Shown piece by piece: positions 1-11,994 of a stretch of DNA of 64,000 nt. Origin of the DNA: Octopus vulgaris (Eukaryota); contig OX597817.1 of the NCBI GenBank assembly GCA_951406725.2, positions 40,672,001-40,736,000 of the forward strand, written 5' to 3'. Under the pieces are notes generated by a model that made no database searches, had not been told where the DNA came from, and saw only the letters and a program-made list of their open reading frames with translations. Positions within the stretch are counted from its first letter, which is position 1. Each line of letters starts with the position of its first letter. A program made the translations under genes and the position numbers.

Positions 1-1091
1 TTCATTGATTTCTTTTACTTCATAAACTCTTCTCCATAAGCATATGTGTTTCCCCATTAGTGTATTTGCATGCATGTGCACGCGTGCAGTGTGTGTGTCT
101 GAGTGTGTTTGACTGCGTGTCTGTGTGTCTGTGTGTCTGTGTCTATTTACATGATAATGATTCTTTTGTGCCAAGTATTTCAGTCTGCAATTACCTCTCC
201 CAACATCCTCTGGTTGCAACATTCCATCTTCTCTGACCAACCCTTACTCTACTGCCCTCATCACCATCACATCACCATCACATCCACTCCTTTTTCTCAT
301 AATCACTAACACCAAATAACCTGCTTTCTTCATCAACACTCCATTCAATGTAACAGACACTAACCACTTCTCAATAATCATTCATGCATCCCAAGAACCA
401 CTACGAACCACTGCAGTCTATAAATGTTCCACCAACTCAAACATCTTTGACACTATGTACATCCCCCACTTTTTCCACCACCACTCCCTACCATTTGTAT
501 CTTTAGCTTTTCATTACCTGTACACTTTGCCTTCTGCCTTATTTGCTACTAACTAGCTGAACCATTCCACTTTCTTCAGTCCTTGAAGAAGCCTTCTGAT
601 GAAACAAAATATATATCACGCTAATGGCAATTGATTAAATATCAAAAATCTCAGAGTTTTCGTTTTCAGTTCTTTATAGTAAGTGGCTCGACAATGTTTC
701 TTTGAACCTGTCACCTCTATGAAAAATTATCTGTCTGTCTGTCTATCGATCTATCTACCTATTGCCAACAACTGATGAATGGTCCTTTCTCTGTGTTTAT
801 ATTTAATTTATTTTTAATACATTTAGTTTATATTTAATTTATATTTAATACATTTAGATTTAAGTTCCCAAATATATTTACTGAGGCCTGTTGAATTAAT
901 TAGATTTCTATTCCTACAAGAATACATGTTTTGAGCCACTCTTAATTTAATTTAATTTTATCTTATGATATATTATTTTATTTTGTTCCATTTTTATTGT
1001 AAAATTACGTATTATTTTATATATTTATATTTTCTTACAAGATTATATACGTATATTTCTATATTTAATTATTTTTATTGTTCTTATCTTG

Positions 1092-1172
1092 GACCTGAAG
1101 AGTGACTATATTTAAATTAAATTGATTTTACTGTTATCAGTTTGAAAATATAGCCACAAAACACGTGTAGTC
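1092..1172 (+). ncRNA. Decayed minimal type I hammerhead ribozyme motif
   Basis: gac-CTGAAGA-gtgactatat..atatagccac-AAAA-C-ACGT-GTA-gtc. Stem I gac/gtc, stem II 9/10 pairs, palindromic stem III. GAAA is mutated to AAAA (CpG-type change). Confidence 0.55.
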
Positions 1173-1413
1173 TTTTTACCAATTATATACTTTTTATTTA
1201 TTATTTTGTACTTTACTTAATTATTGGTATATGTTTTATTGTATATTTAATGTTTTTCTATATGGTATAATTTAATTATATCATTGTTATTTCATTGTTG
1301 AATTGCTAAAAGGTGGTTTTTCTCTAATTTATATACATATAGTATATATTGTGAAATTTGATTTAGTATTACTAAATTGAATTTTTCCCTGTAAGTTTGG
1401 AATAATATTCCCA

Positions 1414-1476
<63 letters not shown>
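1414..1476. repeat. (TTA)n microsatellite
   Basis: Pure ATT repeat. Confidence 0.95.
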
Positions 1477-1536
1477 TTATATACATATATACATATATAT
1501 TATAATGGAATAATTACTATGAAGTATTGTGTAGAA

Positions 1537-1721
1537 TATATTGTATAAAGGATTGTGGGTAAGGCCAAAACAATGCGAAGTAAATGCAAGGTAAATCACA
1601 AGAAAACAAATATGTGAATTAATGTACACTTTTCTATTAATTCACCTATTTGTTCCCATGGGATTTACTTTGCATTTACTTTGCATTGTTTTGGCCTTAT
1701 CCACAATCCTTTATACTATAT
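1537..1721. repeat. Long inverted repeat (fold-back hairpin, about 85 bp arms)
   Basis: gtataaaggattgtgggtaaggccaaaacaatgc... pairs with ...gcattgttttggccttatccacaatcctttatac; loop 1624-1635. Confidence 0.9.
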
Positions 1722-1794
1722 GTATAAATGTATACATGTATGTATGTCTGTATGTATGTGTATATATATGTGTTGTTGAGTGTGTGTGTGTATA

Positions 1795-3338
1795 TCATCA
1801 TCATCATCGTTTAACGTCTGTTTTCCATGCTAGCATGGGTTGGACGGTTCAGCTGGGGTCTGGGAAGCCAGTAGGCTGCACCAGGCCAAGTCTGATCTGG
1901 AAGTGTTTCTACAGCTGGATGCCCTTCCTAATGCCAACCACTCCGTGAGTGTAGTGGGTGCTTTTTACGTGCCATCTGCACAGGAGCCAGATGAGGCTGG
2001 CAAACGACCACAATTGGATGGTGCTTTTTACGTGCCAGACGTGGCTGGCAACGGCCACAATTGGATGGTGCTTTTTAGGTGCCACCGGCACGGAGGCCAG
2101 TCGGGGCGGTTCTAGCAACGGCCATGTTCAGATGGTTCTCTTATGTGCCACTGGCACTGGTATCACAGCTACAATTTCCATTGATGTTGATCGATTTCGA
2201 TATTGATTTTCACTTGCCTCAACATGTCTTCACAAGTAGGGTTTGTGTTACAAGAAGGAAAGGTATGCATAAGTGGGCTGGCTACATCCCAGGTAGGGGC
2301 CACAGGTTATGGTCTCACTTGTCCTGCCGGGTCTTCCCATGCACTACATACTTCCAAAGGTCTTGGTCTCTGGTCATTTCCTTGATGAAACTTAAAGTTC
2401 GAAGGTCGTGCTTCACCACCTCGTCCCAGATTTTCCTGGGTCTACCTCTTCCACAGGTTCCCTCAACCGCTAGGGTGTGGCACTTTTTCACACAACTATC
2501 TTCATCCATTCTCGCTACATGACCATACCAGCGCAAACATCTCTCTTGCACACCACAACTGATGCTTCTTAGGTCCAACTTTTCTCTCAAGGCACTTACA
2601 CTGTGTTGAGTATGAATACTGACATTACACATCCATTGGAGCATACTGGCTTCATTTCTTGCGAGCTTATGCATATCCTCAGCAGTCACGGCCCAAGTTT
2701 CACTGCCATGTAGCATGGCTGTTCGTACACATGTGTCATACAATCTGCCTTTTATTCTGAGTGAGAGGCCTTTTGTCACCAGCAGAGGTAAGAGCTCTCT
2801 GAACTTTGCCCAGGCTATTCTTACTCTAGCAGTTACACTTTCAGCACACCCACCCCCGCTACTGACTTGGTCACCTAGGTAACAGAAGCTATCAATAATT
2901 TCTAGTTTTTTTCCCTGAAATGTGGTGGAAGTTGGTCTCTGAGCATTTTCAGTATTTATTGCTCCTGAGCATCTGCCACATACAAAAGCTATCTTCCCAG
3001 TTAGTCTTCCTTTGACAATACTGCACCTCTTATGTGTCCATAGCTTACACTTGGTGCATCTTATAGAGTTTCTACTTACGCCTTTTCTACAGATTGAGCA
3101 GGGCCATCTACCTGAAGGCATTTGTGATTTGCCTTCCTTCCTACATATTAGGACTTTGGTTTTAGCTAGGTTGATTTTAAGGCCCTTCGATTCTAATCCT
3201 TGTCTCCACACTTGAAACTTTGCCTCTAGTTCTGATAGTGACTCAGCAATTAAAGCAAGGTTATCAGCATTTAGGAGCTCCCAGGGGCATCCTGTCTTGA
3301 ATTCCTCCATTATTGCCTGCATCCTGTCTTGAATTCCT
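1795..3338 (-). mobile_element. 5'-truncated RTE-clade LINE with modular 3' UTR and (GAT)n tail
   Basis: RT C-terminal ORF followed by a 3' UTR ending ccatgctagcatgg...gacgttaaacgatgatgat on the minus strand; many related copies in the window. Confidence 0.9.
2315..3322 (-). pseudogene. RTE reverse transcriptase, C-terminal part (catalytic YADD mutated to NADN)
   Basis: PWELLNADNL, GLKINLAKTK, FCYLG, LHGSETW, RWYGHVARM and GRGRPRKIW are typical RTE RT/thumb motifs. Confidence 0.9.
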
Positions 3339-3669
3339 GATGTATGTATGTATGTATGTATGTATGTATGTATGTATATACGTATGTATGTACGTACAAT
3401 GGGCTTCTTTTAGTTTCTGTCTTACAAATCCACTCACAAGGTTTTGGTCACCCTGATGCTATAGTAGAAGACACTTGCCCAAGGTGTCACACAGTGTGAC
3501 TGAACTCAGAACCATGTGGCTGGGAAGCAAACTTTCTACCACACAGCCACAGGCAGTACATTGTATTCTTGCACAAAACACTCCATTTCACACAGCACTT
3601 GCCTACTCAGCTGCGAATGAGTAGCCTACGATGGACTTGCATCCCATTAAGGGGGTGTGTTGTGGTCTA

Positions 3670-3884
3670 TGATGAGTGCTGAAAAGTTCCTGGCTTTGAG
3701 TAAGAGAAAATACACGAGGATCATTTAATTATGATTTTACTCAACATATTCCCTTCTCAGATTCACACATTTATTGCAGCAATCCTTCAGTTTTCTAAGG
3801 CCTGGAAAAAAACCTGAAAGTTTGGGCCTCCAGCCAGCCCTTTCATGAGACCCTGAAAGCCAGGAACTTTTCAGTAGCCCCTCG
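3670..3884. mobile_element. Mariner-like MITE nested in a SINE
   Basis: TIRs gctgaaaagttcctggcttt / aaagccaggaacttttcag..ccctcg; TA at the left flank. Confidence 0.7.
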
Positions 3885-4368
3885 TTGGTCACTTATAGTT
3901 TATGGAAACCAGGTAACTGGCTGTATCAGTTCTTGAACTCAAAGACCGCAATGCCCAGGAGTGGATGATATTAATTAACATACCACACTTATAATGCCTT
4001 GATGCCTAGTCAATAGACAATGGAAAGGTCCAAGAGACACTATTGTTGGACTGTGTTTAAGACTTAATCCAGAAGTGGGGGCATATGGCTTAGTGGTTAG
4101 GATCTGGACTCATGATTGTAAGATTGTGGTTTCAATTCCTGGACCAAACAATACATTGTGTGTTCTTGAGCAAAACACTTTATTTTACATTGCTCCAGTC
4201 CACTAAGCTGGCAAAAATGTGAAGGGCAGCTGTCCCGTCCAGATGGGGTATTTACATGCCACTGAAACTGGGAAACTGGCCTTTATGAGTCTGTATGATT
4301 TGTAAAGGTAATTTTACCTTTTTGTTTTTACTTAATTCAACACTGACAAAAGGTTCATTTTCCATCAG

Positions 4369-4390
4369 ATGTGACCAACAACAATGACAA

Positions 4391-4424
<34 letters not shown>

Positions 4425-4514
4425 CGTTCAAGAATTTGGACCTGGAGATCTCCATTTCCAGCTACTTCGAGGGCCACCTCCCAGTGGTGTCGGGCGTCAA
4501 CGAAGAGCCCTTGA
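4369..4514 (+). CDS. Possible terminal exon of a gene starting upstream of the window
   Basis: Branch-like cactgac plus ttcattttccatcag acceptor, then GC-richer unique sequence. One frame is open to TGA at 4512-4514. No recognisable protein. Confidence 0.25.
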
Positions 4515-4919
4515 CTACAACAAGACGACCAAAGTTTTTTATTTCCAAGGTCTGGGGTCTCCCGCCCCCTAAGCCCTAGACCATCACCTAATCACCATTA
4601 CCCGTCTTGTTGTTTAACAACAACAACAACAGCAGCAGCAACAGCAACAAAATCCACAACAGAAGCAGCAGTAACTAGATGGAACTGTGAAAAAAGTAAA
4701 AATTCACACGCACAGAAGAAAAAAAAAATTTATATGATTTATTTGTCAACATGCTGTTTTTTTCCTTCTAGACAGTTTTAAATGGCTGCATTGAAGAGCA
4801 AGCAATGAAAATATTATATACTAGGTACTTCACGGCTTTGTTTATTTTTTACTTACTGCACTTACAGCTGTCTTTTAAACAGGAGGGCCTTTCATACATC
4901 ATCTACAACGATGTCGGCG

Positions 4920-4950
<31 letters not shown>

Positions 4951-5245
4951 TTACTACTACTACTACTACCACTACTACTACCACTACTACTATTACTGCA
5001 ACTGCTACTGCTGCTGCTGATGATGATGATGATCCTCCTCATCCTTCTCCTCCTACTACTACCAGTAGTGTTGCTACTGCTGCTGACGACGATGATGATG
5101 ATGATGATACCAATGCTAATACTATACATTGTTAGTGATCAGTTTTTACTGAGCTATTTAGTCATGCTTGCATTTGATGAAATGGAAATATATATATAAC
5201 TATCATAGGTATAGTAAGAAAATGGATGACTATGTGTAAGTGTAT

Positions 5246-5277
<32 letters not shown>

Positions 5278-5519
5278 AAGAGATAGAGAGAAAGAGAGAG
5301 AGAGACAGACATCAGACAAAGACCAAGAGTGAGACAGTAAAAGATATAATAGACATATACATGTGTGTGTCAGTTAGACATGACCTTGACATTGTTCACA
5401 AAACCAAGGTTTTAATGGAATACAGTGAGTGTGGTTTTGTTTGAATATTTAAATGTGATATAAATGGAGATGATGTCTTCTGAATATAAAGGGGAGCTAA
5501 CAATGGATATAATGTGCAT

Positions 5520-5928
5520 AGGCGTAGGAGTGGCTGTGTGGTAAGTAGCTTGCTTACCAACCACATGGACCGGGTTCAGTCCCACTGCATGGCACTCTCG
5601 GCAAGTGTCTTCTACTATAGCCTCGGGCCGACCAAAACCTTGTGAGTGGATTTGGTAAATGGAAACTGAAAGAAGCCCATCATATATATGTATATATATA
5701 TGTATGTATGTGTGTGTATATGTTTGTGTGTCTGTGTTTGTCCCCCCCCCCCAACATCGCTTGACAACCGATGCTGGTGTGTTAATGTCCCCGTAACTTA
5801 GTGGTTCAGCAAAAGAGACCGATAGAATAAGTACTAGGCTTACAAAAAATAAGTCCTGGGGTCGATATGCTCGACTAAAGGCGGTGCTCCAGCATGGCCA
5901 CAGTCAAATGACTGAAACAAGTAAAAGG
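5520..5928 (+). mobile_element. tRNA-derived SINE family A (CORE-like segment, internal TA/TG microsatellite, stem-loop tail), full length
   Basis: Box A tggctgtgtggt, box B ggttcagtccc, ggcaagtgtcttctactatagc, tail cagcatggccacagtcaaatgactgaaacaagtaaaag. Other copies near 3400, 14100, 19900, 26061, 27761, 33843, 34252, 48930, 49885 and 63125. Confidence 0.85.
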
Positions 5929-6044
5929 GTAATATTAAATAACATTTGATATGCACATTACAAAAAAAATTTGATATTCCATTACAAAAGCTATGTTGAT
6001 CATAGCAGAATCAAACCAGTGGACACACAGAGTTTTTTTTTTTT

Positions 6045-6455
6045 GCCTTTTACCTGTTTCAGTCATTAGGCTGTGGCCATGCTGGGGCACTGCCCTGAAG
6101 AATTTTAGTTGAATGAGTCAACCCAAGTGTTTGTTTGTTTTTTCTTTTTCTAAGACTGGTACTTATTCCATCAGTCTCTTTTGCTGAACTGCTAGCTTGC
6201 AGGAACATAAACACATTAACACTGGTTGTCAAGCAATGGAAGACAGGAAAACACATACATGCACACACACGTACGCGTGCACACACACACACACACACAT
6301 ACAATGAGCTCTTCCAGTTTCTGGCCACCAAATCCACTCACAAGGCTTCAGTCAACCCAAAGTCATAATAGAAGACATTTGCCCAAGGTGCTACGCAGTG
6401 GGACTAAACCCAGAATCATGTGGTTGGGAAACAAGCTTCTTACCACACACCCATG
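6045..6455 (-). mobile_element. SINE family A copy
   Basis: Reverse complement of the 5520-5928 element. Confidence 0.8.
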
Positions 6456-6465
6456 CCTGTGCTTA

Positions 6466-6745
6466 TCATCATCATCATCATCATCGTTTAACGTCCGTTC
6501 TCCATGCTAGCATGGGTTGGACGGTTCGACTGGGGATCTGGGAAGCCAGAAGGCTGCACCAGGCTCCGGTCTTATCTGGCAATGTTTCTACAGCTGGATG
6601 CCCTTCCTAACGCCAACCACTCCGTGAGTGTAGTGGGTGCTTTTTACGTGCTACCTGCACTGGTGCCAGGCGAGGCTGGCATCGGCCACGGTCGGATTGG
6701 TGCATTTTACGTGCCACCTGCACGGAAGCCAGTCAAGGCGGCACA
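6466..6745 (-). mobile_element. RTE 3' UTR fragment
   Basis: catcatcatcgtttaacgtcc..ccatgctagcatggg..ggatgcccttcctaacgcc, same as 1795-2100. Confidence 0.85.
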
Positions 6746-6797
6746 TAAATATTATCATCAATTAGAATCTGTATTCCATGCTGGCATATTTATGTAT

Positions 6798-6830
<33 letters not shown>

Positions 6831-7260
6831 TATGTGTGTGTGTGTGTGTATATGAGCAAAACGCCCCACCCCCCGTCCAATGGCCGGTGCTGAGTTGTCA
6901 AACATTTAAGCCAAATTATCTCAAACCAACTTGTCTGACCGTCCCATAGGCCTCCCCTTTGAGAAACACTGATTTAACCTAAATTTGAGACACCAGCAAA
7001 AGAAGAAATAAAGATAGACGTTTTTTCTATTCCAAAGAAAATCGATTCCCCACACCTTTATCGATCGCATTCTCACCTGGAATCGATTTTTGTAGTCTTT
7101 TCTAGACTTATACACGCCCTGATACCGTCGGTATCTACATATCAAATTTGAGTGCAATCGGATGGAGGATGCTCGAGATCCTAGAAGACACACACACAGA
7201 CAGAGAGAACGGATTTTATATAAGATATATATATATATATATATATCAAAGGCTTCTCCC

Positions 7261-8155
7261 TCAGAGTGAAAGGTAGATTGTATGATGCCTGTGTGTGCAA
7301 ATAGTCATGTTACATGGCAGTGAAACATGGGCTGTGGTTGCTGAGAATATGCATAAGCTTGAAAGAAATGAAGCTAGTCTGATCCTCTGGATGCGCAATG
7401 TCAGTGCGCAGGTATGATAGAGTGTAAGCGTCTTGAGAGAAAAGCTGGGCATAAGAACAATAAGATGTGGTGTGCTAGAGAGATGACTACTTTGAATGGT
7501 CATTTGATGCATATGGATGTGGATAGTTGTGTGAAGAAATGCCAATCTCTACCAGTGGAAGGAAGCTGTGGAAGAGAGAGAGACCCAAGAAGACATGGGA
7601 TGAGGTGGTGAAGCATAATCTTCAAATGTTTGGCCTCATGGAAGCAATAACTCATGACCAAAACTTTTGGCGATATGCTGTGCTTGAGAAGACCCGTCAA
7701 CCAGTTGAAATCATAGCTGTGATCATTATTGGTGTCACGGAGCTGGCACCTGTGCCGATGCCATGCAAAAAGCACTTTTCGAGTGTGGGGCCTCACAGAG
7801 GCAATGTGGCCAATGCTGGTGTTGCATAACTAGCACCCATACCAGTGGCACATGAAAAAACACCTTCCGTATGCTGGGCTTCATGGAGGTGATGACAAAT
7901 GATGTGCTTGAGAAAAAGACCCATCAAGCCAAGTGAAATCATGCAAACTGACACCCGTGCCAGTGGCACGTAAAAGCACCCATTACACTCTCGGAATGGT
8001 TAGTGTTAGGAAGGGCATCCAGCTAAACAAATCGTGCCAAATCAGACTAAAGTATGGTGCAGACTCTTAGCTTAACAGCCCTAGTCAAACTGTTCAACCC
8101 ATGCAAGCATGAACAACAGATGGTAAACGATGAGGATGATGATGATGATGATGAT
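7261..8155 (+). mobile_element. Degenerate RTE 3' fragment
   Basis: Frameshifted HGSETW / CVKKC / RPKKTWDEVV remnants, 3' UTR and GAT tail. Confidence 0.8.
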
Positions 8156-8225
8156 ATATATATTGTTATATTTGAGGATGGTCATATTTGTTTCTTGCCA
8201 ATTAACCACGTGTACTATAGACCTG

Positions 8226-8238
8226 TTCTTCACTTCAG

Positions 8239-8269
<31 letters not shown>

Positions 8270-8535
8270 GCTATTATTATTAGTGTCTTTTGTCTAAAAT
8301 CTTTTGTTACACTTCCTGTGACCTCTTCAGCAACTCTCCATCCCATGTGTCTCCTCCTGTTCTGTTTAGTCCATCAGTCTTTCTGTCAGAATGTACTAAA
8401 CAAGAAGAGAAAATGAACCAAACAGAACAGGAGGTGACACATGGAATGGAGAGTCATTGAAGAGGTCACAGGATGTAGGACAAAAGATTTCAAAGGACAC
8501 TAAAATAAAAACAATAATAAAGCTGAAGTGAAGAA
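8226..8535. repeat. Long imperfect inverted repeat
   Basis: ttcttcacttcagc..cctgtgacctcttca..catgtgtctcctcctgttctgttt pairs with aaacagaacaggaggtgacacatg..tgaagaggtcacagg..gctgaagtgaagaa. Confidence 0.85.
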
Positions 8536-8702
8536 GAAGATCTGTTTCAACACAAATATAACATCTGTTTCAACACACAAATTCACATCAAGAATTTTGT
8601 ATAACAAATACATAATACATAAACATATAGCATAATGGCAACCAAATGACTGAAACAAGTAAAAGAATAAAAGTATATATATCTATATATATATATATAT
8701 AT

Positions 8703-9520
8703 ATCCCCGTCAACCTAGCAAAAAGGATATGTACTATAGTTTCTAATGCAAGCACCCGAGACACACGACTACATGAACTAAAGGATACACTCATCACCAG
8801 GAACTACCCACTTTCACTAACTGACATATGCTTTCAACATGCCCTACAACTCAGCATCCACGAATTCAGACATCCCAAATTAAAGAAGGATTTACAACCA
8901 AAAATCTACCATACATCTCCGCACACAATCCTCTTAACAATAAAGCCTTCGACACCATCCTTCAAAACATTCCCCTGCTAAAAAAGGACCACAGAGTGAA
9001 CTTAATCCTCCGAACACACCATCATAAAAAGCAAGAGACAGCCCAAATCTATGAAAAGTCTCCTAACACAAGCCCGAATACGCTCAACAACAACACTGAA
9101 GCCGTCAGTAAAAAAATGCAGAAGACCCAACTGTGGGATATGTGTCAATTTAATTGAGGGATCAGAGTTCTCCTTCAAACAGGGACAACGTTTCACAGTG
9201 AAAAGCAGCCTCACATGTACTTCAGAGAACCTGATATGTGTACTAACCTGCTCTAAGTGTCAAGAGCAATACATAGGCCAAACAAAAAATAGTCTATGTC
9301 AAAGGATGGCTCTGCACAGGTCCCAGATCAAAATTCTCCAAAACAGAAAAATAGCATTCAGCCAACACATCGACATTTGCGCCAATAACAAAAATCTAAG
9401 CTTCAGAATTTTTGTCCTCTACCAATTCAGGGACGATACAACCTGTAATCAACAAATTAGTAAAGAGTAGTTTTTTATCACAAAATACAAACCCCTTTTG
9501 AATGCATCTACAACAAATGA
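8703..9520 (+). pseudogene. Penelope-like element remnant: RT thumb, linker and GIY-YIG endonuclease
   Basis: IPVNLAKRICTIVSN..RNYP; CRRPNCGIC; TCTSENLICVLTCSKCQEQYIGQTKNSLCQRMALHRS; frameshifted. Confidence 0.85.
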
Positions 9521-9553
9521 CATATCCACCTGAGAATAACACAAACACACATG

Positions 9554-10204
9554 ACCCATGACCCAGGAAAACCTGGGATGAGCACAGGAAAACCTGGGAC
9601 GACCCAGGAAAACCTGGGCCAAGGTGGTGAAGCATGACCTTCGAACTTTAGGTCACACCGAGGAAATGACCAGCGACCGAGACCTTTGGAAGTATGCTGT
9701 GCGTGAGAAGACCCGGCAGGACAAGTGAGACCATAACCCGTGGGCTCTACCTGGGATGTAGCCAGTCCACTTATGCATACCTTTCCTTCTTGGGACACAA
9801 AACTCTACTTGTGAAGACCTGTTGAGGCAAGTGAAAATAAAAATCAAAATCGATCAACATCAATGGAAATTGTAGCTGTGATACCAGTGCCGGTGGCACA
9901 TAAGGGAACCATGCAAACGTGACCGTTGCCAGCGCCACCCTGACTGGCCTCCGTGCCGGTGGCACGTAAAAAGCACCATCTGATCGTGGCCGTTTGCCAG
10001 CCTCCTCTGGCACCTGTGCCGGTGGCATGTAAAAAGCACCCACTACACTCATGGAGTGGTTGGCGTTAGGAAGGGCATCCAGCCATAGAAACATTGCTAG
10101 ATCAGACTGGACCTGGTGCAGCCTTCTGGCTTCCCAGACTCCAGTTGAACCATCCAACCCATTCTAGCATGGAAAGCGAATGCTAAACGATGATGATGAT
10201 GATG
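9554..10204 (+). mobile_element. RTE 3' fragment inserted into the Penelope 3' region
   Basis: 7 bp TSD acacatg at 9547-9553 and 10205-10211; GAT tail. Confidence 0.9.
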
Positions 10205-10769
10205 ACACATGCAAATATTAAAATTGATACATTCAAGAGATACCCAAGAATTCATTAAAAAACAGTCCCAATCACTGCTATAATCCACAATGATTCACTT
10301 TTAGGTCACTTGACCATTTAACATCCTCCTACTATCATACAACCTGCATTCCCTTGTTATTCTCTCTTCTCTTTTTCCTTCTTCTTTTTTTTCCTCTCTG
10401 CCACCTCCTTCCTTATTATACTACTATTACTGTTTAGAATAATACCTACGCAAATATTATAAACAATACATTCAAAAGAGATGTGTTGAGAATTCAATCA
10501 CTACTACCATCCGCAAAATGTCACTTTCAAAGCACTTGACCATTTAACATCCTACTACTATCATAGCACTCCCGATTTCTCCTCCTCCTCTCCTTCTTCT
10601 TCTTCTCTGCCAAGAATTCACAATGACCTCAAACACAAAAGAGTAAACAAGAGAGACAGAGACAGGCAGAAACAAAGAAAATGCCACTTGTATTTGAATA
10701 CTATGCAAAATATTCTTTTAAAATACTTTACATTTAATTTTTCCAAAATTTAATTGTTTTCCATACTTA

Positions 10770-10805
10770 CAGTTGAAAAAGTCTCAATGACTGAAACTGG
10801 TACTG
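10770..10805 (+). ncRNA. Minimal hammerhead ribozyme candidate with U3-A8 variant core
   Basis: cag-TTGAAAA-agtc(tcaat)gact-GAAA-c-tg-GTA-ctg, downstream of the Penelope ORF on the same strand. Confidence 0.55.
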
Positions 10806-10854
10806 AAATGTCTTTTATAAAATTATTTTACCATTTTCTACCTTGGTTCTTTTT

Positions 10855-10894
<40 letters not shown>

Positions 10895-10980
10895 ATATAA
10901 GGGTAACAGAAAAATTCAAGAAAAATATTTCTGCAACCAGCGGTCAAGTAAGAAAATAGAAATAGTCACAGACTATATAA

Positions 10981-11132
10981 TATATTCAACAAAATTAAGG
11001 GTACAAAGTTGAAGGAGATAAATGTTTTTATTTCTCCTCTAGTTTCAGAATTACTACTATTTTTGCGGTTTTGAGTTTAGCTGCTCTTTTCAAGTGAGTC
11101 GAACGACCTGTAAGGGTCTTTCCTTAATTTTG

Positions 11133-11141
<9 letters not shown>
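10981..11141. repeat. 20 bp perfect inverted repeat bracketing a 120 bp core
   Basis: tatattcaacaaaattaagg (10981-11000) / ccttaattttgttgaatata (11122-11141). Confidence 0.85.
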
Positions 11142-11176
<35 letters not shown>

Positions 11177-11994
11177 GAAGTTCTTTGTTATTGGCCGGTA
11201 AGTTTCACACCTATAAAGTGCTGAGCTGAATAGGCAACTTGTAGGCTCAAATGGCTGGAAAACACAAACTCTCTACAATTGAAGTGTGGAAAATGTCATG
11301 GTTAGTTAATTTTGGAAACAAGAAAAAAATCCAGACTGAAAGTCGACTGGCAAAGTCTTGGGTGAGGTGGCATTACTCCTCTCAAACTGGTATCAGTTAT
11401 ATCTAGGATGGGTCTGCTGAACATGTCCAAGCTTGGCAGCATTTCCCAAGCTGGTAGATGGGAAATTCCATGTTTTCAACATGAATTTCCTCTGATGAAG
11501 GCACTGATTAAAATTTCTGTTTTAGTATTTAAAAAGGTCCCTGGGTCAAGTGAGTTTTTCAGGATTCTTACTCTTTCAGCCAAAGCATTGAGATATGGCC
11601 ATTGTTGTTCCAGAAGCTTCCATTTAATTATATATGGTGTACATTTCTCTTTTAAATGCCATATTTAGCTAGCAAATGATGTGATGTTGCACCTCTCTGG
11701 TATCCAAAATGAGGACTTGTGGTTGCTGAGTTGATGCTTGAGCAGGCCACCTGTAGAACTGATATATTTTTATGTCTGTGCTCTTGTACAAGTGGTGTTA
11801 CAGCTGCTGTTGTTGCTGTCATTGTCACTGACAATGCTGCTGTCACTGCCAGGCCCATTGCTGGTGCTGCTCTTGCTGCAGCCACTGGCGCAGCTGTTGG
11901 TATTGCTGCCATTGTTACTACTATTGCTGGATATAAACTTGGTGTTGCAGCTGCTACCAACAAGGTTGTTGTTGCTGTTTGTTTGTTGAGAGAA

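Noticed and set aside
1957-2160. CRISPR-like repeat-spacer pattern
   Set aside because: The linkers are related to each other, the array is part of an RTE 3' UTR found many times in the window, the DNA is eukaryotic, and there are no cas genes.
4384-4572. RQRR-ALD resembling a TGF-beta furin site
   Set aside because: No cysteine-knot domain follows; the frame stops after about 20 residues.
5895-5928. SINE tail agtc/gact-GAAAC-aa-GTA resembling a hammerhead 3' half
   Set aside because: No YUGANRA core or stem I upstream; better explained as a LINE-derived tail.
11485-11600. CTGATGA..tcagccAAAGCATT possible hammerhead
   Set aside because: It needs three substitutions in the GAAAC-GUH part and stem I does not pair; at most a heavily decayed relic.
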